Shown here piece by piece: positions 54,946-64,000 of a stretch of 64,000 nucleotides of DNA. Origin of the DNA: an uncultured Acidobacteriaceae bacterium (lineage in GTDB: Bacteria; Acidobacteriota; Terriglobia; Terriglobales; Acidobacteriaceae); the NCBI GenBank assembly GCA_963751225.1, contig CAVVTY010000022.1, forward strand, positions 1,570 through 65,569. Reading direction: 5' to 3'. Below the pieces are notes generated by a model that saw only the letters and a program-made list of their open reading frames with translations, did no database searches and had not been told where the DNA came from. The position numbers and the translations under genes are program-made. Position 1 is the first letter of the stretch. Every line of letters starts with the position of its first letter.

Positions 54946-56508
54946 ATGCACGAGAACCGGGAGATCTCCAGCACGTCTTGGTCTAACGGCCAAGGCCGGT
55001 CCGCGAAGGCCATAAACCGCAAGGCGGACGCGCACGTGCCGGAGAAGTCGGACTGTGCCGTATTACCTGTGAACCAGCCGAACAAGGAAGGGCGACCTTC
55101 TGCGGAGGTTGGGGAGGGAAGGGCACAGATGAAGGAGAACATCGCTCAGCCACACATGCTCCCGACGCAGAGCGGGAAGCGCATGTCCCAGGGGCTGGAC
55201 GGTGTGCGCAAGGCAGCAAAGGATAGAAAGCAGGAGCGGTTCACTTCTCTGCTCCACCATCTGAGCGTTGATCTTCTCCGCGACAGCTTCTACGCACTTA
55301 AGCGTAAGGCTTCGCCGGGTGTAGACGGCGTGACGTGGCAGGAGTATGAAACCGGGTTGGAAGGTCGGCTCATCGATCTTCACAGCCGGGTTCACCGTGG
55401 AACGTATCGGGCACAACCCTCAAGGCGAGTCTATATACCGAAGGCCGACGGACGGCAACGTCCGCTGGGCATCGCGGCAGTGGGGGACAAGATCGTCCAA
55501 CAAGCCGTGGTGATGATCCTCAATCAGATCTATGAGGTCGACTTCAAAGGCTTCTCTTACGGGTTTCGACCGGGCCGCAGCCCGCATCAGGCTCTTGACG
55601 CGCTGACGGTGGGCATTCAACGGAAGAAGGTGAACTGGATACTCGATGCGGACGTTTTAGGCTTCTTCGACAACTTGAGTCACGAATGGGCCTTAAAGTT
55701 CATCGAGCATCGGGTGGCCGATCGAAGGATACTTCACCTGATCCGGAAATGGTTGAAGGCGGGAGTATCGGAAGACGGCCAGTGGTCGGAGACAAATAAG
55801 GGTACGCCGCAGGGAGCAGTGGCCTCGCCACTGATCGCTAACGTATATCTGCATTACCTCTTCGACCTGTGGGCTGATGTCTGGCGCAGGAGAGTGGCCA
55901 AGGGCGATGTCATCATCGTTCGCTACGCCGACGATCTTGTGTTGGGTTTTCAGCAGCGGGCTGATGCTGTGCGGTTCCTCGAAGAGTTCAAGGAGCGGCT
56001 GGCAAAGTTCGGCTTGGAATTACATCCTGACAAGACACGGCTGATCGAGTTCGGGCGCTATGCAGCCCGTGAACGGAAGCAGCGTGGGGAAGGGAAACCG
56101 GAGACCTTCAACTTCTTGGGCTTCACCCACTACTGTGGACAACGCCACAAGACCGAGACCTTCACCGTCTGGCGAATTACTGCGAAAACGCGCATGGTTG
56201 CGAAGCTCAACGCCATCAAGGCTGAGCTTCAGCGCCGTAAGCATGATCGCACTAGTCAGGTCGGTGCATGGCTTCGGAGTGTGGTCACCGGCTACTACCA
56301 ATACCATGCCGTTCCCGGCAACATCGATCAACTGCGCATCTTCCAAAGACGCGTGAATCGACTGTGGCGCAACGTACTGGTTCGTCGCAGTCAACGCGCG
56401 AGGAAGAAGTGGGAGAAGTTTACTCCGCTCTTCGAAAGGTGGATCCCAACACCCCGCGTTCTGCACCCTTATCCTGATGCCCGCTTTTACGCCACTCATC
56501 CTTCATAA
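54946..56508 (+). CDS. ltrA: Group II intron reverse transcriptase/maturase (no En domain); true start may be 55129 or 55183
   Basis: ASPGVDG, YIPKADGRQRPLGI, GTPQG, RYADD, FNFLGF. Confidence 0.95.
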   Translation: MHENREISSTSWSNGQGRSAKAINRKADAHVPEKSDCAVLPVNQPNKEGRPSAEVGEGRAQMKENIAQPHMLPTQSGKRMSQGLDGVRKAAKDRKQERFTSLLHHLSVDLLRDSFYALKRKASPGVDGVTWQEYETGLEGRLIDLHSRVHRGTYRAQPSRRVYIPKADGRQRPLGIAAVGDKIVQQAVVMILNQIYEVDFKGFSYGFRPGRSPHQALDALTVGIQRKKVNWILDADVLGFFDNLSHEWALKFIEHRVADRRILHLIRKWLKAGVSEDGQWSETNKGTPQGAVASPLIANVYLHYLFDLWADVWRRRVAKGDVIIVRYADDLVLGFQQRADAVRFLEEFKERLAKFGLELHPDKTRLIEFGRYAARERKQRGEGKPETFNFLGFTHYCGQRHKTETFTVWRITAKTRMVAKLNAIKAELQRRKHDRTSQVGAWLRSVVTGYYQYHAVPGNIDQLRIFQRRVNRLWRNVLVRRSQRARKKWEKFTPLFERWIPTPRVLHPYPDARFYATHPS

Positions 56509-56548
56509 GAGCCGTGTGCGTAGACGCGCTCGTACGGATCTGTGCGGG

Positions 56549-58488
56549 TTGCGCCTTGAAACTCATGAAGTTCAGTCTCCTGAAATGGAGGCCGCGGCAA
56601 AGCCTAGCTCGCAGCCGCGTACCAAGTCTTGCGTGATGTCCGGAGACGGCCATTGCGAAGCGTAGACAGGGAGGTTTGCAGGCCGAAACAGCAGTAAACG
56701 GCAACATAGCCCCGAAATCGATCGTGGTGGAAGTAGCCGACCCTATCCCGTAACGGGGAAGGCAGAAGCTCAGTATGCGTCATGGCGAGTGTGCTGAGGT
56801 GCTTCCGGGGTTCGTACCGTCAGCATGCAACCAAAGGATTTCATGGGAACAAGGGAGAGCCGTCAGGCTCAAGCCTGGCTTGTAGGGTCCGACAAGCTGA
56901 ACAAGCGAGGAAGATCCGAAGGCCTGACGGAAGTCAGACTGCCTGATAGTACTTCGAGGTCGGGAGAGCCGGCTACATGGGGAAGCGGGCAGCGGAAGTT
57001 GAATTGTTCGTGGGAAACATGAGCTCCATTCAAAGGGAGGATACGGCCTTCTATGCAAAGAGAAGAACCGCCAGTCATGACAACAGGACTCGAACGAATA
57101 GCAGTCAAAGCTCGGTGTGAACCGAAACTTCGGTTTACGTCGCTGGCCCATCACATCACAAAGGAGCGGGTTTGGGAGAATCTTAATCAGATACCTGCCA
57201 AGTCTGCAGCCGGAGTGGATGGGCAGACCGTAACGGAGGCGAAAGAGAGTTTTGAGGAATGGATTGCAGGCATGCTGCAATCTGTTCACCGTGAAGGATA
57301 CCGCGCGCCAGATATACGGCGTGTCTATATCCCGAAGCCCGGAAAGCAGGAGATGCGCCCTCTCGGGGTGCCGACTGTTGCGGACCGGGCACTTCAGCGA
57401 AGCGTCTCTCAGGTGCTATCTGCCATCTATGAGCAGGATTTTCTACCCTGCTCGTTCGGCGGACGTGCCTGGCAGAGGTGCCCACCAAGCGCTCGCAACG
57501 CTCCATGAGAGAATTGCTGGCGGGAAAATCGAGTGGGTGTTGGAGGCGGACCTCAAGAACTTTTTCGGGAGCCTAAGTCACGAGTGGATGCTCCGCTTCG
57601 TGGAACATCGAGTGGGAGATCAGCGTCTGATTAGTTTAATCCGGCGCTGGCTGAAGGCAGGCGTTTTTGAGAATGGAGAGGTTCATCCAAGCGAAGAGGG
57701 GACCCCGCAGGGAGGTTCGATCAGCGTACTGCTGAGTAATTTATATCTCCACTATGTGCTCGATCTGTGGTTCGAGCGAGTGGTCAAGCCGCGACTTCGG
57801 GGTGAGGCCTGCATGGTGCGATATATCGACGACTTCGTGCTGTGTTTCCAATTTCGTTCGGATGCTCTTCGCGCTCAGGAAGCGCTCGCCAAGAGGCTGA
57901 GTAAATTCAGTCTGACCTTGGAGCCGACGAAGACCAAGCTCGTTGAATTTGGTCGCTTCGCGCATCGACACGCAAGCAAGCGTGGCCGTAAACGCCCGGA
58001 GACAATCTACTTCCTGGGCTTTACTCTGTACTGCACTCGCAATCAGAAAGGGAACTTTCGAATTGGAATGCTTACGGAAAAGTCACGACTGCGACGCGCG
58101 CTCATGCGCTTGCAGGACCAGATGCGGCGGATGCGGCACTTGTCGCTGCAAGAACAGGTGAATCATCTCAATCAGATGCTCCGTGGTCACTATGCATACT
58201 ACGGCGTTGCCGGAAATCTTCGGGCACTGCTGCGGGTCCATCGGGCCGTGGAACACTACTGGCGCAAAATGTTGAGCAGTCGGAGCTGGCACGGAACGGT
58301 CCGGTGGGAGCAATTCCAGCGGATCAAGGAACAGTTCCCGCTGCTTCGACCAAAGCTGCATTACTCCTTACCGAGAGCTGCAGGCTATCGCCATACTGTG
58401 AATCAACGTCTGACGAGCCCAGTGCGGGAAATCTGCACGCTGGGTTCTGTGGGAGCCGGAGGCGGGTGACTGCCTCCGGCCACCCAGT
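56549..58488 (+). mobile_element. Group II intron 2 (inner intron, different lineage)
   Basis: Starts ttgcg; DV gagcccagtgcgggaaatctgcacgctgggttc; DVI ends cacccagt; removal restores the outer intron DV-DVI. Confidence 0.88.
57077..58401 (+). CDS. ltrA: Group II intron reverse transcriptase/maturase (frameshifts near 57470 and 58365)
   Basis: SAAGVDG, YIPKPGK...RPLGVP, GTPQGG, RYIDD, YFLGF. Confidence 0.9.
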
Positions 58489-58653
58489 GGGCGACCTGTG
58501 AAGGTCGTCCCTACCGCGACCCCAACCCGGTGACGGCGCTGCCGCCGGAGCCAGCGCCAGGCGGGCGAACGGATGGCTAGGGAAGAGTCGTCCACATCCG
58601 ACCGGGTGTCACCTGCCCATCCTATATTTTCGGCCTTCGTCAGGCTTTTCTAT

Positions 58654-59979
58654 TCAGCTCAAATCAGGTTTCGCCGCGAGAATGAATTTGCTCTCAAGCA
58701 GATATTGATACAGCCAATCCAAAGCCCCTGCGGGATGCAAGTTGTCAGCACTGACCATCCCATCCGTCTCTTTCCATCTCCATCCAATTAACTGATCTGC
58801 TGTTAACCGCACCCTCAGTTCTTCAACGGGCATCGGATACACACAAAGCCGGACATTTTGCCTGAAAAGCCGTGCAATGCCTTCCAGCAGTGCACCCGCC
58901 AAGTTTTTGTAGCTGTCCCGCAGGACACGCAAAAGCACCGTGAGGCCAATCGCGAAATGAATCCGCGATTTTGTGTAGCGACTCGCGAACGCGCTCATTG
59001 TATAGAGTTCCTGAGCACGAAACAGCATCACCCCATAGCCGAGCTTTTGAAGCAGCACCACATGTTCCAAAATCTCCTGGACGGACACCTCCCTGTCCGG
59101 GGCGCTGCTGCCGGCGACAGAGAGACAGAACAGCCCCAGTCCGCCTTTGCTCTCGTGCAATACTTCCTGGGGCAGTTCTGCCAGAGTGTCATCGATCAGG
59201 TTGGCATGAAGACTGGTTGCGCTGTCGAACCTCCCCGGCGCCAGCACCAGAGCCCGCCTGTAGAGTAATTCGTTCGGGGGAACGAGTTCGTTGTCTGCGG
59301 GAAATACCACAGCCTCGGCGTACCCGCCGACAACGAGAAAGGCGTGAACTGCATCCCGGTTCCAATGAGCGAAAGCCGGTCCACTCCATTCCAGGCAGTC
59401 GATCTCCACTCGCTGCGGTCCAAGTTCCTCGAAGACACTTGCAAGGACCTCCTCTGCTGAAGAGAGCGCATGATGCGCAGCATAAATCAGATTCACGCCA
59501 AGAATGCCTACCGCTTCCTGTTGCTGCACGTTGCTGGGATCCATCAGGTTGATATGCAGAATTATGTCGTTTGGCGCGTCCCCGGGCTGTCGAAGAAATC
59601 GCAATCCCACCCACCCGTGACAGTCATTTGTTCCTGAATAGTTCCTTGCAGAGATCGTGTCTACAAACGCGAAAAATCTGGTATTGGATCCGCGGGTGGC
59701 TTGGAGTTGCGCCAGCAGTTGCTTCCACTCGCTCTCCAGCATGGCTTGCAGGCGCGACCTGGAGACATAGCGAGTGCCGGTTCCGTAAAGCTGGTCGCTG
59801 ACTTCCTTGTCATAAGCCGAAATCGTCTTCGCAACCGTGCCGGAAGCGCCACCCACACGCAGAAACCAGCGTGCCACCTCCTGTCCGGCACCGATTTCTG
59901 CAAACGAGCCAAAGATCGTGCCATCGAGATTGAGGGATAGCGCCTTTTCATGTGCGTCGTATTTTTTGCTCTCGGGCAT
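58654..59979 (-). CDS. Conserved protein of uncertain function (family sometimes labelled nicotinate-nucleotide adenylyltransferase-like)
   Basis: Intact 441-aa ORF with GSFAEIGAGQEVARWF...GGASGTVAKTISAYD motif; family label recalled, not verified. Confidence 0.55.
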   Translation of the reverse strand: MPESKKYDAHEKALSLNLDGTIFGSFAEIGAGQEVARWFLRVGGASGTVAKTISAYDKEVSDQLYGTGTRYVSRSRLQAMLESEWKQLLAQLQATRGSNTRFFAFVDTISARNYSGTNDCHGWVGLRFLRQPGDAPNDIILHINLMDPSNVQQQEAVGILGVNLIYAAHHALSSAEEVLASVFEELGPQRVEIDCLEWSGPAFAHWNRDAVHAFLVVGGYAEAVVFPADNELVPPNELLYRRALVLAPGRFDSATSLHANLIDDTLAELPQEVLHESKGGLGLFCLSVAGSSAPDREVSVQEILEHVVLLQKLGYGVMLFRAQELYTMSAFASRYTKSRIHFAIGLTVLLRVLRDSYKNLAGALLEGIARLFRQNVRLCVYPMPVEELRVRLTADQLIGWRWKETDGMVSADNLHPAGALDWLYQYLLESKFILAAKPDLS

Positions 59980-60137
59980 GGTCCGTCCACCATCCAGAAG
60001 TAGACTCTACCATTCTGGATCGCATCGTCGGCTTGTTCGGCCAGAGGGCCGGAAGAATCGCGATCAGCGCATTATCGCCAATGCACGCATCGAACCCTTG
60101 CGCTGAATTCTGGGTTGCGGTCGAGTCACCGCCGACT

Positions 60138-60312
60138 CTTGCTTGAGCAGATAGGCCTGATAGGTGCGCAGATGCTCCAGTCCAAGCTTGTCAGGCGACT
60201 TGCCAAAGTGGCGGGCGAACTGTTCCACCGCCCGGAGATAGTACCGGGCTGTCGAATCAGCATAGTTGCGGCGCTGGAGTTCTTCCAGCATGATCCTGCG
60301 TAAATGGGTCAC
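60138..60312 (-). pseudogene. Truncated tyrosine recombinase (N-terminal SAM-like domain only)
   Basis: VTHLRRIMLEELQRRNYADSTARYY...FARHFGKSPDKLG...YQAYLL then loss of similarity. Confidence 0.75.
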
Positions 60313-60595
60313 AAGAACCTCCTCGTGACCCACACCTTATACCGGCGGAAATACTACTCGAAGGCCCATGCTGTAGCGTCCGCGGCGCCTGCGGCTTCGT
60401 TCTAGTCGGTTTTACGGCCACTTGCCGAGACAATGATCGACTTGAATAGCTCAATAAGTGCTTTGCCCTGCTATCGACAGTTGAGATCGAAATCGGTCAA
60501 CAATTAGCGGTTCACTGGAACCTGTCGAATCCATTCCAGCTCAGAACTCCTAGCTGTTTACTACATGGTGATTTCCGGGTGGGCGGTTACACACC

Positions 60596-62511
60596 GTGCG
60601 CCGGGATAAACCGACATGTTGTAGGGGTGCAAGTCCCTGCAGGAAAGGAGAATAGCGAATCCATCCTGACCTCTAGTCTTGCGTGGCACATCGCGAGGTG
60701 TGTGGCGAAGCGTAGATCGAGGCATCGGTGGGCCGGGTGATTGAGCTTCGAAAAACCGCGGATCAGGATGCCGACTCCCTGGTGAGTAGGAGGAAGGCAA
60801 TACGGCAGCTGCGTTAGACGCGAGCAGTTGTCCGGTCCTGCGTAGTCGTTAGAGCCCGCGCACGCTGAGAAACAACATGGACGAGAACCGGGAGATCTCC
60901 AACACGCCTTCGGCACTTTGCGAAGGCCGGTCCGTGAAGGCACATAGCCGCACGGCGGACATGCACGTGCTGGAGAAGTCGGACTGTGCCGTAGTACCTG
61001 TGAACCGACCGAACAAGGGAAGGCAACTTCCTGCGGAGGTTGGGGAGGGAAGGGCGCAGATGAAGGAGAACATCGACCAGTCACGCATGCTCCTGACACA
61101 GAGCGGGGAAGGCATGTTCCAGCGGTTGGACGGTGTGCGCAAAGCAGCAAAAGGAAGGAAGCAGGAACAGTTCACCGCTCTGCTCCACCATCTCAACATC
61201 GATCTTCTACGCGACAGCTTCTACGCTCTCAAGCGTCAGGCTTCGCCGGGAGTCGATGGTGTGAGCTGGCAGGAGTACGAAATCGGACTAGAGGATCGAC
61301 TCATTGATCTTCATGGCCGAGTTCACCGTGGAGCGTACCGGGCACAACCTTCGAGGCGAGTCTATATACCGAAGGCCGATGGGCGGCAACGTCCGTTGGG
61401 CATCGCGGCACTGGAGGACAAGATCGTCCAACAGGCTGTGGTGACGATCCTCAACCAGATATATGAGGTCGACTTCAAAGGCTTCTCCTACGGGTTCCGT
61501 CCGGGACGCAGTCCGCATCAGGCGCTGGATGCGCTTGCTGTAGGAATGGAACGGAAGAAAGTGAACTGGGTGCTTGATGCCGATATCCGTGGCTTCTTCG
61601 ACAATATGAGCCACGAATGGACGGTTAAGTTCGTCGAGCACAGGGTGGCCGACCGAAGGATACTTCGCCTGATCCAGAAATGGCTCAAGGCAGGTGTGTC
61701 GGAGGACGGCCAGTGGTCGGAGACCAAACAGGGTACGCCGCAGGGAGCAGTCATATCACCGCTGCTCGCTAATGTGTATCTGCACTATGTCTTTGATCTG
61801 TGGATAGATGTCTGGCGCAGGAAAGTGGCTAAGGGCGACGTCATCGCCGTTCGTTATGCCGACGATCTTGTGCTTGGCTTCCAGTTAAAAGCTGACGCTA
61901 CGCGGTTCCTTGAAGGGTTCAAGGAGCGGCTGGCAAAGTTCACTCTGGAACTTCACCCGGAGAAGACCCGGCTGATCGAGTTCGGGCGCTATGCTGCCCG
62001 TGATCGAAAGCTGCGGGGAGAGAGAAAACCGGAGACGTTCAACTTCTTGGGCTTCACTCACTACTGTGGGCGACGCTACAAGACCGGAACCTTCACCATC
62101 TGGCGCATCACAGCGAAAACGCGCATGGCAGCGAAACTGAAGGCCATCAAGGCTGAACTTCGTCGCCGTATGCATGATCGCCCCGGCCAGACTGGCGCAT
62201 GGCTCCGCAAAGTCGTCGTCGGTTATTACCGATACCACGCAGTGCCGGGCAACATCGGACAACTGAGTACCTTCCGTCAGCGTGTTAATCGGCTGTGGTA
62301 CCAGGCACTCGCACGCCGCAGTCAACGCGCACGCAAACGGTGGGAGGCACTCATTCCGATGTTCGAAAGGTGGATACCGCGCCCACAAGTCCTGCACCCT
62401 TATCCCGATGCTCGCTTCTACGCCACTCATCCTTCATAAGAGCCGTATGCGTAGACGCGCTCGTACGGATCTGCGCAGGGGGCGATCAGTGATGATCGTC
62501 CCTACTGCGAC
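60596..62511 (+). mobile_element. Group II intron 3 (intact paralogue of intron 1)
   Basis: gtgcg 5' end; DV gagccgtatgcg...cgtacggatc; DVI ending ctactgcgac; EBS1 ggtgagt versus upstream acacacc. Confidence 0.93.
60877..62439 (+). CDS. ltrA: Group II intron reverse transcriptase/maturase (no En domain)
   Basis: Same RT motifs including RYADD; collinear with 54946..56508. Confidence 0.95.
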   Translation: MDENREISNTPSALCEGRSVKAHSRTADMHVLEKSDCAVVPVNRPNKGRQLPAEVGEGRAQMKENIDQSRMLLTQSGEGMFQRLDGVRKAAKGRKQEQFTALLHHLNIDLLRDSFYALKRQASPGVDGVSWQEYEIGLEDRLIDLHGRVHRGAYRAQPSRRVYIPKADGRQRPLGIAALEDKIVQQAVVTILNQIYEVDFKGFSYGFRPGRSPHQALDALAVGMERKKVNWVLDADIRGFFDNMSHEWTVKFVEHRVADRRILRLIQKWLKAGVSEDGQWSETKQGTPQGAVISPLLANVYLHYVFDLWIDVWRRKVAKGDVIAVRYADDLVLGFQLKADATRFLEGFKERLAKFTLELHPEKTRLIEFGRYAARDRKLRGERKPETFNFLGFTHYCGRRYKTGTFTIWRITAKTRMAAKLKAIKAELRRRMHDRPGQTGAWLRKVVVGYYRYHAVPGNIGQLSTFRQRVNRLWYQALARRSQRARKRWEALIPMFERWIPRPQVLHPYPDARFYATHPS

Positions 62512-64000
62512 AACAACTGACGGCGCAAGCAGCGAAGTGGTGGATTTCATTCCGATCGCAAGCCTTGTCAGCGTCAACACGGTGATGTCGTCATCTTGCC
62601 CAAAGGCCACAGCGGCGGCTCTGTCGCCTCTTTTGCATCTGGCATAGTCGCCATCAGTGCGCGCACTCTTTCAAAGCTGAAGATTTCACCTTCTGCATTG
62701 CGTGCTTCGAGCAGGCCATCCGTGTAGAAAGTAAGGCGATCACCAACGGCGACCCGAAATGCGGTCCTTTCATAGATTGCGTCGAGATCAAGCCCGAGCG
62801 GGAGAGCGTTCGGCAAACTCATCTCGTCTTGGTTCAGGAAAGGTGCAAGATGGCCCGCGTTGGCTAGTACGCAGCCTCCCTCTGAATCAAAGCGCAAAAC
62901 TAGGCAGGTCGCGAATCCATTGTTCTGCCGCCCATGCAGTCGTCGATTCAAACCAGCCAATATCTCCGCTGGATCGTTCGTTACTTCGACGAGTGTTCGC
63001 ACTGCACCTACGATCAGTGAGACCGTCATTGCAGCTTTTAGGCCCTTTCCACTTACGTCCCCGAGAATCAGAAGCGCTGAGCCGCCCTCTCGCTCGATGA
63101 ATTGAAAGAAGTCACCACCAACCTGCTGCGCCGGCTGATACGCGCTGGTGACGGCATAGCCCTCAAGAGACGGCAACGACTGCGGAATAAGCACACGCTG
63201 TAACTCCTGGGCGCTCTTGTATTCCTGCTGCAAAGCGATCCGACGTTCACGTTCTTCGAGATAGACCGCATACGCGATCGAGAGAACCAGGATTGTCGAC
63301 AGAATCGCCTGCGGCGTGAACGGTACACCAACCAGGGTGAACAGGGGGTCGTCCATTGTGGAAGCCAGCGTCCAGTGTGTAAACCGCCGACCTTGGAGGG
63401 CGGTATGCTGCACCACATCATACATTTCCACAACGAATACGATAGCCGCAACCAACCATCGCGGCGGATCCAACTGCCGCCGCCTTAAGGCGTAGCCAAT
63501 AATCACAAATGGAAAGAGCTCGACCACCGAAAAGCCAGTGGTGAACACGGCATCGAGTATTTGGAATGCCGCAACATGAGTATTGCTCCACTGCAATGTA
63601 AACAACAGGTTGTCGAGTGTTGCCGAAACGAACGAAACCACGGCGAGAGTCTTTGCCCATCGCCACAGGGAAGGCTGCTTATTCAAATCGAGGAGATACA
63701 AAAGCAGGTACCACAGCGAGATGTCCTCAATGCAATGGACTGGCCACAGAACCAGCACCTGGATCCTGTGAAGCCATGGGATGTCCAGTGGAGTCGTCAA
63801 CAGGGTGAGGATCGAAGCGCCGAGGAACAGGAGCATCCAGAAAAGCAGCTTCTGATTTCGGTTACGCATCCAGGCAACGAAGCCGATCAGCACGATCTCT
63901 ATCAAAATCAGCATCTGAACAAGACCGAACAGGCTCCGCTTCGCCTGGATATGTCTGTTTGCCGACTCTATCTCCGCAATTGCTTCGGAGGTTCCGACGA
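62512..64000 (-). CDS. Membrane-anchored PP2C/SpoIIE-family phosphatase (5' end outside the window; frameshift near 62620; last codons displaced by intron 3)
   Basis: VGGDFF, GDVSGKG, NAGHLAP, YTDGLLEA, and GQDDDITVL in the shifted frame. Confidence 0.88.

Larger units (their letters stand above)
54662..58520 (+). mobile_element. Group II intron 1 (outer intron, interrupted in domain VI by intron 2)
   Basis: 5' end gagcgccgggataaa aligns with intron 3; EBS1 gaagagt pairs with upstream actcttc; DV gagccgtgtgcg...cgtacggatc at ~56509-56540; DVI completes at 58489-58520 ending cgac. Confidence 0.9.

Noticed and set aside
54587-58595. 49-aa minus-strand ORF restored by removing the twintron (MDDSS...HRVG/EELAV...VEN)
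   Set aside because: The frame is continuous but the ORF is short, has no recognisable motif or clear RBS, and could arise by chance
54946-62439. Retron, DGR or CRISPR-associated reverse transcriptase system
   Set aside because: All three RTs are enclosed by group II intron 5' ends, EBS1 loops and DV/DVI; no template/variable repeat pair or cas genes seen
5829-62620. Widespread pseudogenisation or programmed frameshifting (aroB, typA, purK, maf, GH31, DUF3857, phage-like genes, intron 2 RT, PP2C)
   Set aside because: Single-base shifts occur equally in core and accessory genes without in-frame stops or consistent slippery motifs, which fits long-read indel error. They are not evidence that the phage-like cluster is decaying.

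Overview
High-GC bacterial DNA. Gene content and intergenic repeat families point to Acidobacteriota (Terriglobia-like); this is inference. Many single-base frameshifts suggest uncorrected long-read sequence, and there is an apparent chimeric/deletion junction near 9566. The housekeeping backbone (menG/ubiE, aroB, nadB, typA, purEK, maf, tdh, glycoside hydrolases, RND efflux) carries three notable elements. (1) An IS110-family element inserted into a short palindromic repeat. (2) A ~16.6 kb single-strand phage-structural cluster (15110-31709) with TerS-like, tailspike-like, TerL, HipA-like kinase + DUF3037, portal, protease, scaffold, capsid, neck/tail and holin-like genes. It has no recognisable integrase, replication, repressor, tape-measure or endolysin gene, abuts purE, and contains host-type repeats and sense-strand terminators, so it is a candidate gene-transfer-agent-like domesticated element and the main discovery candidate. 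(3) A mobile-element-rich end with three group II introns, two of them nested (twintron), where EBS1-IBS1 pairing can be read directly from the sequence.
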